From Convolutriloba macropyga (taxonomy: Eukaryota): a DNA stretch of 64,000 nt. The stretch is taken from positions 15,810,001 through 15,874,000 of the forward strand of contig NC_134469.1 of the NCBI RefSeq assembly GCF_964194025.1. Reading direction: 5' to 3'. The position numbers and the translations under genes are program-made. Under the pieces are notes generated by a model. The model saw only the letters and a list, made by a program, of their open reading frames with translations. It did not search any database and was not told the DNA's origin. Each line of letters begins with the position of its first letter. Position 1 is the stretch's first letter. Shown one piece after another: positions 49,117 to 61,254 of the stretch.

Positions 49117-52100
49117 CCCTCACTCCATCTCCATCAAGATTATCTGGAGTTGCATTGGTTCATAACTCTTACGTTACTGCACCCCCACGCCAGCGTTATT
49201 CAAACATCATTTTGAGTCCCACTGGCAGTCTTACTCTTAAACCATTAACCCCTGTCAGCTCCATTTGCATATTATCCCAATTTTGATGGAACAACTAAAC
49301 AGTTTTAGTATTCAACAAAAAATGTGCGTCAAAGAAACATTTGAATTCAACTTTTTCTTCCTATTATACTTCTGTTTCTTCGTGTTTGTGACATGGAAAT
49401 GAATTAACCTGTATTTAAAAACTTTTTTAATAGTAAGAAACGGTCTGAACTGCGCTGAACCTATCAGGGGATGACCATTTGAGCTTATAAATGCGTAGAC
49501 AATTTTTGTTAGAAAATAGCTGAAAATGTATTGAATATTTTTAAGAGATGCGCTGAAAACCGCTGAGAACATCACTCAGAGATGGACAATCTCAGCTGTA
49601 GGTGCTGATTTTTTAAAGGCAATTGCTGAAAATGCACTCAATATTCAATGCATTCAGCGCATTTCTTACAAAAAAAGCGCTGACCTCTCGACCCGGGAGG
49701 ATATAAACATTGATGCAAACAATGACATATTCAAGAAAGTTGGTATTTTATTAGCCAGCTAATTGTTGTAAAATGACCCATTCATTTGATGTATCCTCTT
49801 TTTTTGCGTACTTTTTGGTTTATCAGCAAAGGGAGCCGAGAATTTCAGCAAGGCTATCTTGTCTTATCCATTATCACACACTACCTGCATCTTTGCATGG
49901 CCCAATTCCAGAGCTTATTCCAGCGTAGGAAGTCCTGTCAAATTTGACATCGATCCCGTGTAGCCATAGTTTTGCGCTGTAATGTCAAGTTTTGTTAAGA
50001 GGTGTATACTTTTAACTCGATTGAAGGCTGAAATAATTTTAATCCTAATGTATCAAATTTTGTGTCACTTTAAGAAGAAACTTGAATATAAACAATCTTT
50101 AGCCTATTTATCTTGATTTCATAATGGAAATCATGACCAACAGTCTTCAACCAGATGTCGTGTTGCATGATTTGAACTTTTGTGTTTTCACTGTTGAACA
50201 TTACGTGGCTTTCATGTTTATGATCGTATCTTGTGGATAAACGCACAGCATATTTTTCTTAATATTGTCTAAAGGCAAAAATTAATTTTGGTATTATTCT
50301 GGTGGGCTTTTGGCATTTAGATTTACAGCGCTCAACTTCTCGACCTTTGTACACTTTATTTAACGTTTTAAAATTTTTTTCCGGAATTCTAAAATTAAGC
50401 GTTTTTTAAGCAGTTTCACGTGTGCAGATTTCTATATTTTATGGGACTTGGAGACCTAAATGTTGAAAATAAAATTTTTGAATTCAAGCTTTCCTTTTTA
50501 TGTAGTTTCTGCAGCTGGCCCACTATTTTAAAAAATTCTGCAGTTAATTGAATGTCATTTGCACGATTTTATTTGATAATGCTGGATGTAAATTGTCAAG
50601 TAATCCAACAAATAAAGAAAAAATAACCAGTTGAAAAACAAAGTTTTCAGAGAAAAATTGCCCTGAAACATATTTGTGATCACGCGTTACGGAAGTTTTA
50701 TTATATTGATAAAAGCAAAATCTGTTACAACAATTTCTCCTTCGGAGAATGAATTTCAAACTTTTCAAAAGTTCTGAAAATCTTTTTGTAAAAAATAAAA
50801 TGTATGAACGGATAGGTTTTTCTTGTTAATTATATGAACACTTGACAATGTAAACACAGTCATGGCGTCTACTGTACAAAGTTCTTCGCATTAAAGGTAC
50901 AAAACTAGTGCATTATCGGGTCAGAATAATGAGACAACGCCATAAACAGTACATGAAAAAGAAAAATAAAATTGAACATCAAAGGTTTATTTAAATGTTT
51001 AAAACGATTAGCTCCCATGAAAAAAAAATTTTTTCACACTTAAACGAATAAGAAAATTATCGAAAAAACAAACAAGAAAATCTGGTGAATAAAATACGTT
51101 TCGAGCAATGATCAGTTTTGTTTCAAAAAGCGAGGAATGCTTCGCATTCAATTTTTGGTAAACCAGATTTTTTTGGAACGTCTTTTTTGTGATCAGTTTT
51201 TTTTCTAAATCAGATTAAAGAAACGAAACTTTAACCAATACAAAGTCGATGGAGAAAAACGATGATCGGTGTCGAAACTGAAAAAACGTTTATAGTTGCA
51301 GTAAAGTTTATAGTTACTGCGGGAGTTTTCACCCAATTGTTACATTATTTCATTTCATTCAACTTTTTTGCGCAGGATTCGAAACAGGTAAGATTTGATG
51401 CAATAATTTTGTTTCCAACATAAGTTTGACATTTTTTTCCATTAAAAGTAGAACGATAGTCAAAACGCCAGGCACAATTAGATCCGAACTTTTATACTGA
51501 CACTCTGAATTATTTATAAAACAAAAAGTGAAATACATTATTACAAACAACAAATTTTGTACGTAGGATTTTTGTCTTCTGATATTAGCTCATTATTTTT
51601 GTCCACTTTGAAAACTGTGGAGTTCAATTATACGCCAAAATTGCGTTTTTCTTGTGCAAGTAGGGTGAAGCCAATTCTTTTGGTAGAATTTTCCGACCGT
51701 CTGGTGATAATCCGGGAGGTCTAAATCCTGAGAAAACAATCCTGGTGATAATCCTAAAAAAATTCATTATTTCCAGTCAAAATCAATTTTGTTGTAAAAG
51801 GCGGACAACGGTTTACATGGGAATCTAATTTGAGCTATTTGAAGCACTGGAAATCCCACGTTTAACCGAAGTTTAAAATTTCATAAGGATTAAACAATTG
51901 CAAAAGCTGGAATGATGACCAAAATAGAGTGGATTTAGAAAAAAATGACAGCTGTTAAATAACCCAATCTTTCCGGGCAGAAGCATATACGAGCGTTTTT
52001 CAAATACAAATTTCAACAGGAGGTCAAACGACCAATTTCTTTGCTCACGATTATGTCTTTAATTAGCTAGGATTGTCTTTAATATTAGCTAGTTAAAGAC

Positions 52101-55100
52101 TCAGATAAGGAGCACCAGACTGTGGCTGAGGTTGTGGAGACACCATGAATTCATATGCGTCAACAGTTTTGGTTAAAGCATTAAATTAGAAACTGACAAA
52201 GTACTGACATCAGAGCACAGTGGCTTAATGTCCTTCAGTTTTACAGTTTTCAATTTCTTCATGTCGCTGTTTCTGAAATTCTGATTACTTTTAGCTCTTC
52301 CAAAAACTGTTTAGTTTAAAAACAATTCGTCTTCGTACCTGGTAACTCAAGAATTTCTGATAGCTCCGCAAATATAAAAATGTAATTTGTCACTTCATTC
52401 TCTATATTTTTTTTGTTTTAAAAAAATGAAATTATTGTTCTTTTCATATTTCCTTTCTGGAAAATTCTAAACCTTGTTTTGTGAAAAAAATTTCATGACG
52501 TCTCTCAACTCTCTTGCGTTTTTCATATCGTCACGTTTCTTGACATTCATACTGTCACCGTAATTTCGCAAGTCATGAAATCATGAATTTGATATTTTTA
52601 ATGGTTACCTTCCAGGTGTTTGATCTTACCGCATGGTTAGTGTTAGGCATGGTTAGATTTGCTTTAATTTGGTATTCTACTAACGCCTCTTGGTACCCTA
52701 ATCACCCATTACCGAGCATTACATATCCAGGCAATTGCCAAATTACACGTCGGCAGCCACTAGCGCCAATCTAACGTTAGCATTGAATTTGAACTTTGCA
52801 CACTCCTTGACCCAAACAGTGGGACTAATATTGCCAAATATGCCATTTATTGCATTAAATATTACTAGGATGTGTGATTAAGTTCACTCGAGAATCATCT
52901 TCCTACTCACTGTTTGTTCTAGTGTAAATTTAGTTTGTTATGAATTGTCACCTGGTCGGTGAATAACATGATTGTGTTTATAGAGCGAGAGAGATTCGTT
53001 TGATTATGAACACGTTCCGTCATTTACCCTAGAAACACTAGTCGAACCATCCTTGTCATCAAGGTCGCGTCACCAAAATTCAAAATCGATTTGGACACTG
53101 GCACAAAATTTAGTCAGAAATTTGCAATATTACCAAAAAGGGGTGCAATTTCTAGGTAGGTGGCTAAAGTATTATACTTTGAAGTAGCGATAGTGAAAAG
53201 TTGCACCGATGACGACGACTTTCCAGACAAATCTCACATCAACTTTTGAACGCCACACATGATATATAGTCGCTATTTTATTCCGAACTCCAATCTCATG
53301 ATCTACGAGCATAATCTTAATTTGAAAGATCTGATCAAATTCACCAAATTCGTGATTAGTAAGGGCTACCATAATCAGCGCCAGTCATAAAAACAAATTG
53401 ATCAACGGATCTAATCGTTAAGTTTGATTTCCTGCTAAATGAAAGCTTTTTGACAGATACAGTTATTTACCAGCGGTGCGAACATATTGTCCATGTCAAA
53501 CGAAAATCCAAGAACATTATTTCACTTCGGGGGGGGGGGGGGGGGGGGTGGGGTGAGATGCGGTAATGGAGAGAGTTAATTTTTTTAATACTCTCTGGGT
53601 AGTGTAAACAACATATGCCCAGGAGGGATATTTCATTAGTAAACAATGTCCTTACTCTCTTCTGCTATCGTATATGTGTAAGGGTGGGTGTAGTATCGAT
53701 TTGAAACATATATGCAAACTTACATTTAGAAAAAGAAAAGATCCCAACAATGCATTTCCCTACCTCTGCAAATTGTCACCCTAATTTCATTGAAAAGTTT
53801 GAGAAGTTGGGACCGCAATACTTAATCATTGTTTTCCTTCACATAGAATCAGATTAATATTCTGAGTTAAGAGACATTTCTTTCGAATCTTACTTTTAAT
53901 CTTATCTTTTCAATCTTCAGACTATTTAAGTTTTAAATACCCATTCTGGGCAAATGTAATACTGTCTGGTTATCAACCAACAGTTAGGCCAAGTTAGCCT
54001 CTATTTTTAAGGTGGCGCAATAAAGATGCATGCGCAGCTTTGATATAATATTTAAAGCCAAGTGATGGTTTACTTATCCAGGGGCGTAGGTGGTAATAAC
54101 AAGCATTTGCAGTTTCATTTCCACGGTGAAAAACATCAGCAACGGCGCAGTGGTACATGCAGTAGCAAAGGCTGTGCAGTAGACTAATAGTGCGTAGGCA
54201 GGGGAAGAAGCATTCACGCAGGTAGAACAGGGGAAGGAAAGAAGGTAGGTAACAAACAAACAGCCAATATGGCAAAACATGTAAATCCATTAATTTCACG
54301 TCTTCCCTTTCGCTTTCGCTTTATTGATATTTACTTCTACAACTACTACTATTATTATTCCTTGAGCTCATTCTTTCTTTCCTCTTGTGCCATTTTACAT
54401 GAAATGTAGAGACATGCTATTCTCCGGTTATTTTGTTGTGCTCAAATAAAGCAAAGCCTTTGCACAGATAAGATTTGCAACTGCTATCTTGTAGCTCCTT
54501 CTCGTTGTCGCCGTGCGCTCGTTTTGCAGTTTTTGCAAAATTTGGCATTTTGCACGGCTTGTGCGCAAATTGCAAATTGAACCCCCCCCCCCCCCCCACC
54601 CCGTTTCACCACCACTACCAGCACCAGTAGCACCACCGCCACCAATAAAAACACCAGCATTAAGCACGCAAGCAGGCATGCCGTAGTAATAGTATAAAAG
54701 TAGAAACACAAGAGTAGTAAGTACGAGTGGTGCAGTGCAGTCACGCAATAATAGTCCAATTTCAATATCTCAACTCAAGTCAGCACAAATACAAAGAAAC
54801 GAAGAGCGAGAGGGAACGCAAACGTGTCCTATTCGATCCTCCCCTCCCCCCCCCCCCCCCCCATACCACCAATTAAACAACTAAACAGAAACCGCAGACG
54901 TGCTATTTTCATTGATATCCTTCCCAGTACTATAACTAGGGATTGCTGCGCTATAAGCAAAAAGTCCGTACTATGACCTTTAATTATCCCATGGCGACAC
55001 ATCCAACTTAATGCTATTAAAAATAGCCGACCGATATTTTCAGTACTTTCATTTTTTTAAAACATCCAAATACGTTGAATGACTTATCGTATGCATTAGA

Positions 55101-56661
55101 TTTATTGACGAGAACTTAGATATATACACCAGAACGTGTAAGGTTAAAACATGAAGCAGTTTTTACATTATTTCAGTTAACGGATATTTCGGTCAGAAAT
55201 GATGATCATAATCTATCTATAGACCATCTAAATCTTCCTTGAAAAGAGCACTAGCTTTTTCTCTAATATCCATGTCAATGTTAGATCTTCATTTGGATCT
55301 TTTCAACAATCGCCATTTTTTTGGTACATAATAGACATCCCCCCCCCCCCAAAAAAAACCTAATGTTATACCGCATACTAAGGTTCAGAAAAGTTCTGAT
55401 TGGTCAATATTTTGGTCGCTTAAATTGAAGTCAAGAATTGCCACCCCTTTCCAAATACGGGAGACGATTTTTGATCAGATCTCTTTATTTAGCCGGGCAA
55501 AAATGGAAACCTCACGCAAAAATAATCGTGCGTACTTTTTTCACAGAGCATTGAAAACCGCTTTCACAAGCGGTCACTAACACTTTAAACGCTTTCATTC
55601 AGCACAAACAAATAAACAAACAAACGTGTTAGCTGGCTGCAAAGCTGCAGAACGTGCTACAAATTCAATTGTTCTTTATTTAGTGCCATGTGGGAATATG
55701 AATGTGAGAATGAGTATACTACAATAAACAACGCATTACCATTTTCCTCAATTGATATCAAAAGAACATTTTTTCATACTTGAGTTTTCCCTTTCCCGGA
55801 TAAATGTATCTCAAACAGCCCCCTCCCTACATTCTACCGCACTTAGTGGTATTAAAAGTTCAACTGTTCCACTAATTGTATAGTTTGTTGCAACATCCTG
55901 CAAAAACACAAAATAAACTAACACAATTTTACTATAAGCGCTTTCATTTCGCAAACAAAAGAGGGCACTTAGTCTCAATTGCCATAAGAGCGGCGAATTT
56001 CAAAAGTTTAAAACTCTTTACGGCACCCATTGGTCTGCAAAAGGGAGGAAGCCAGCGTCTTTTACTAGTCGCAGCCATTACTGCAAGAACTTACATGAAC
56101 GCAGTCTCAACATATCAACATCACTACAAACATAAATCAAACGATATAGTTGCTAACATTGAAACCTTTCTCTAATTACAAAAAATAAAGACACCCACGC
56201 CCATTAAAAAAAACTTAGATGTTATAAACAAACATTGAGAAACACTCTGCCCAGATATATCTTTTCAACTGCCCAATTTAAAATTTGCTATTTTAAACAA
56301 GCAAAAATAACGAAAATTTTACAGAAAAATTCTTTAATGGTATATAGGTCACGACGAACAATGACTAATGAAATTTATTACAAAATGGTTAAGCATCTTC
56401 CGCAAAAGTTTTTCTAGTTGGTCAATGCTTAACAAGTTTAAAAAAAACAAAAATTCAAATTATATTAAGAGCAAGCTTTGTGGGAAAAAAATCGATAGAA
56501 AAGCAAAATTTGACAACACATTTGAAATTTGCTTAATACTTTACTGCTTGTTGCACCAAATCAGACCAAATTATTTGACATTAGTTTACAAACCGAAAAA
56601 TTGAAAAAATAACTGTCGAATTACCAAAAATAGCCACTATGGCCGATTAGAACCTGATTGC

Positions 56662-56727
56662 TATTGAAACCAGTCTGAAAAAAAGTTGCTGAAATATTGA
56701 AACCAGTCTGAAAAAAAGTTGCTGAAA
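56662..56727. repeat. Perfect 33-bp tandem duplication
   Basis: TATTGAAACCAGTCTGAAAAAAAGTTGCTGAAA x2. Confidence 0.95.
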
Positions 56728-57803
56728 TTATAAAACTATCTGCAACCAATGTCCACATTTGGCAAAATTCCAACTGCAAAAACTACGATGAATCGAGAAT
56801 GGCTGGGAAGAGTGAAGTACTTTTATCGCTAACAAAATAGCCATTTTCCTCAATATACCTGAAAAAAAAACTAATTAATTACTGACCCATCTCTCTCGGT
56901 TTTTCCAGTTTTTTGTCAATTAGCTATGATGACCTTGTATTTGGTTTTCAAAGATTGGGTATCTTAGACACGCCTGCAAAATTCATGCACTTGAAACGGA
57001 ACGTATGTAAAGGCATGGTCACGGGCTGAATAATGCCAACAATAAGAATACATGTCAATGAAAAAAAGGAGAGCTTCCAAGTACCAACCATCGGAGTAGA
57101 ATTTGAAATTATAGAACAAAACCCAGAAGTTTTCCCTCATAACATTTTAGGAAGTACGCATGCAAAACGTACCCATGTTAGACCTTTTCTGGCTCTTACA
57201 GAGAAAATTTACAGAGAAAACTATAATAATTTTGACAGTTTAGACCTTGCTTTTGTCAATTACAACACAACCATACCGATGACAAAATTTATCCACAGTT
57301 GATGCTAGTTATCAATAAAAACTTTGAGAAACGGCTAGCTAATTAGAGTTGATAGCTGCAAAAATAAAAAATCATAACCAGTAGATTGCCGGAATAGCTA
57401 CTAAAGACTTGCGTGCCGTATAATAGAGATAGAAACAGATATAAACTAAAATCGATAGGTAAAAAACATTTAGCGATAAATTAATAAAACTTGTTAACAT
57501 TCATTCCGCAGATGCCTTTTATTAGGTACCTTTACTGCGCATACAAGTTCCTTTGACCTTAAACTAATTCAAATTAAACTTGAGTTTTAAAAAGCAAGTC
57601 ATATTATTGAGTGAGGTAAGTCACGTATGACCAAAATCTAATCATGCAAATGATCTAAAAACTTTTGCTAGAGCGGGAATGAGAAATGACGCGACGCGCG
57701 CAAACGCCGTTAGTAGGAGGAAGAACTAATTCAGAAAATTTGACTTTTTCAGCTTTGCTGTGTGAACAAATGTAAAACGAAAAAGAGCGTCAGACAACGA
57801 AAC

Positions 57804-58216
57804 AAAAAACATAGCAGGACAAGTCCTGACGTACAATTCAAAGAATTTTCGTTGACAAAACAAAAAACTAGACCTCAAACAGACTATGAGTGAATTGGGA
57901 AAACCATTTCTAAACAAAATCAGATTAAAAATTTTAAAAAAAAAACGGAAAATCAATGTCAAAATGCCGCATGTGAACAAAAAACCACTAACGAGAAAGC
58001 GAATTTTTGTTCAAATACCGTTTTCTCACTCTACTTTAAAATTAGAGCGAAAAAATTTCACACCGCAAACCCACTCGCTTTTTCGCTCCACTTCCTGTTT
58101 CGGCGTGACTGAAATCACTACTCCAATTTGACCTCAAAAATCATGAAAATGTGTGAACAGATCTTTAAAAAAAGACAGCGCCCCAATACAATTCAAATTC
58201 TTTGAATTGTAAAAAA
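57804..58216 (-). mobile_element. Complete Helentron-like non-autonomous element (HINE/DINE-1 architecture)
   Basis: Asymmetric 14-bp subterminal inverted repeats TACAATTCAAAGAA (57832-57845 and 58198-58211). 11-bp-stem palindrome at one end (58187-58211). GC hairpin CAGGAC-AA-GTCCTG (57815-57828) at the other. A/T runs at both ends, no TSD. Confidence 0.8.
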
Positions 58217-61200
58217 CCAAGAGCACCGCAATATAGCTCCGTTCAGCTTACAGCTTCGCAGCTATAAAAACATAAACCGACTAACGTCGGACAAATTGCT
58301 CTTGAACAAGCGAGGCAATTTATTTCAAGTACTGTAGCTTATGGTTGCAAAAGGTAGCTTATATCTTGTTTTTTGCTTATATCCGCCCAGGGTGTTATTC
58401 TCGCCTTGTAGCTAACCACTTGGCGTATGGACACTATATCTAACTACAATCTTTAAGTTTAACAACAGATTTAACTTAGGATAGAGCACAATTGATATCA
58501 CTCAAAAATGATGAATAGAAGCGTGAAAAAGTCATTTAAGAGGTCAAAGAATGTTCTAGAACAAAAGCGGGAAAATGGTCAAGCAAAACTTAGCATTAAA
58601 GAAGTCACACCTTTACCATAATTGCTTCGAACTTCGTTCGAGTGGACCTCAGAGAGTCTTGTAAAAAGCTATGCAAAATAGGGAATTAAAAAATACTTAA
58701 AATGCAATCCTAACAATTAAACCTTTATAAAAGGATAAAAAGAATATTGTTTTTATTTTTTTGGTCCCTTACACTAAAGACATTTAATCGTAATTATAAA
58801 TAAAAAACAAACCATTCCCACAAAGTATATTTGATCTCAGCAATACACCGGTTACATCAATATGAAAAAAACAACAATATAGATTGCACATAATGAGAAC
58901 AAATAGTCACAAGTTTAAACAACTAAAAATCCTCGAAATAGGAAAAAACTCAGCATAATACGGGAAAATACTGCTACAGTCAATGAGCTCTTCATTGATA
59001 ATAGTTAAAACATGACTCGCTTGGAAAATAAATCGCTCGGTCAATATTTAGTGAGCAAAAATATTGAGTTGAGCATAGTTACTCTCCGGTGTCTGGAATA
59101 TTACCTAACTCGCATACATGAAAACAAACGTATTTCACCATGCCTCGGGAGCCACGACCATGACTCAGCGTGAAAATATCAAATTATGCCAGGCAATGAG
59201 AACAGAATTACGTTTATTGATGTTGCGAATTACACATTTATTTACAAAAAAAGCGAAAACTTTTTGTAGTTATGGTGCGTACAAATTATGAACCAGAAAA
59301 ATCCATATTTTCATTATTATTACTAACTGTGCATCTCATTTGAGACGAAATACCCATTTTTTTTAAAAAAATTCTCCTTTAAGCTAATTTTCGAGTCTAA
59401 TTACAATGCGTGATTTAGCGTTTCAAAAGTATGTCACCGTAGCTTCCAATTAAATTTATTTTCCATCTAGGCACCTCAAATTGAGAGACTGCATCAATGC
59501 ATGATGAATTATTATATCTAGATAGATGCTTTTGTTATTCAAAAAATGTTCAAGAATACGTAGTCGCTTACAATCATCATTAAAATACACATGATAAAAT
59601 TAGGTCCCTTAAAGTTGATTGGATGTGAGAAGATTGTACAACCTTGCATTTGTATCTGCAACCAAGTAAGACTACGTGACGCGGATAAGGCGTTAGCTAG
59701 ATATGACGTTTAATTTACTGTTCAAACCACCGCGGCACAATCAAAGTCTAAACTGTTCTCTCTTCTCTCTATTGCTAGCCACTCGAGTCCACAAATCAAT
59801 TAAGACCCATAGTGACTTAGGGGTCAGGTAGATTATCCAAAATAGAAGCATCACTGCAGGTCAAAACATTGCACGTAGACTATTTTGAATCTTTCTAACG
59901 AGTGAGACTATTTGGTTTAAATGTTTCAGACCTGTCAAGGATCTAATCAATTGCGTAAATCATTAATGTCTCCACTCTAAAGACTAAACGAGTTGTACAA
60001 ATTTGTTATAATTTAGGGATGTAAATATTTCACCTGACATCAATTTTTGAAAAATTCGTTTTGCAGTTATACCGAAGCCAATGATTACCCCCGCCCTCCC
60101 ACAATCATAGAAAAATAGAAAATAAACTGAATAAAAATGAGAGGAAAAATTCCTCGAAAAAAAATCATTGTTAAGCCCAAATATGTTCAAATTTCAGGGC
60201 ATTGAAAAAACTGTTCATTTTTAATATTTTAAGCATTTACAAACATGACAAAATACGAAACATTACATGAGATACAAACAAACCCCTTAACCATACAAAC
60301 AACAGAAAAACGGTGTTTAATTATAATCTACCTCCATTTGTTCTAAAATTTTAAGATTCGCTTTTGATGTTAAACAACACACCAAATACGAACATCTTAA
60401 GCTCTGTAAAAGCGCAAAAACCGTTTCAATAATGAAGGAAGTCGAGAATGACTTCCGATACTTTCCGATTTTTGATTTAAAAGTCACAGTTCGAGTTGGG
60501 AATGTCACAACCATTAAGCTATGATTGCGGGAACATAATGCTATATAAACCGACTGATTCGTAACAAATCTTGCCGCCAATTGAAATATTGATTAATACT
60601 TCTCTCTCTCTCACATCAATACACAACTTATCAGGTTACTGTGCCCAGCCAAACGCACAGCTGCACACAAAAATTTTTCTGCAAGGCGGCCAAACAAAAA
60701 CAGACAAAACAGTAAAGGGACAAGACACTGCCAAAGATACCAGAAAGGGCCAAAGAGACGAAAAGCCAAATCGAGAGAGCAAAGGAGAGTCCAAAAAGAG
60801 AGCAAAAAACAAAGCCAAAAAGAGAGAGCAAAAAGAGAGAGAGAGCAAAGAGTCCGAAAAGAGTAGCTAGCAAGGATCAACAGGGTGAAGTTCCAGACCC
60901 TAGTTTCGAAGGAGTCTGTTTGAGTGCCGGCAAAGTGCCAAACCAAGATTGAAAACATTAATTGTTCTAAATTTGTAAAAAGTTACTTTCCTAAAAGGTA
61001 GCTTATTGGTTGTGACGCGCGTGCATTTCCGGATACCGTTCGGACATTTTTTTGAAAAAGCGCAACCTAATCGAACACCGTTCAATTTTTGAAAAAGCGC
61101 TGATTTGCTGAATATCGTTCAGATTTTGATTTTAAAACATTGTAATAAACCTGCAGAGCAGCGCAAAACTTAAACACTCTACAAATATGGTTGAACTTGA

Positions 61201-61254
61201 TTGATAAATGATAATAACTTTGGAAAAATAATCATGCTAATAAGGGGCGATACA

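Noticed and set aside
54140-54165. GGCGCAGTGGTA tRNA A-box-like sequence (and an isolated B-box-like GTTTCGAATCC near 51376-51386, minus strand)
   Set aside because: No matching partner box or cloverleaf, so no tRNA or SINE can be supported.
54428-54765. Gly-rich minus-strand ORFs
   Set aside because: The glycine runs come from the C homopolymer and CCA repeats; no recognisable domain.
57033-57302. 89-aa ORF containing PTIGVEF, like the Rab switch I motif
   Set aside because: No P-loop, WDTAGQ or NKxD motifs, and an in-frame stop lies just upstream. Left as an unsupported orphan ORF.
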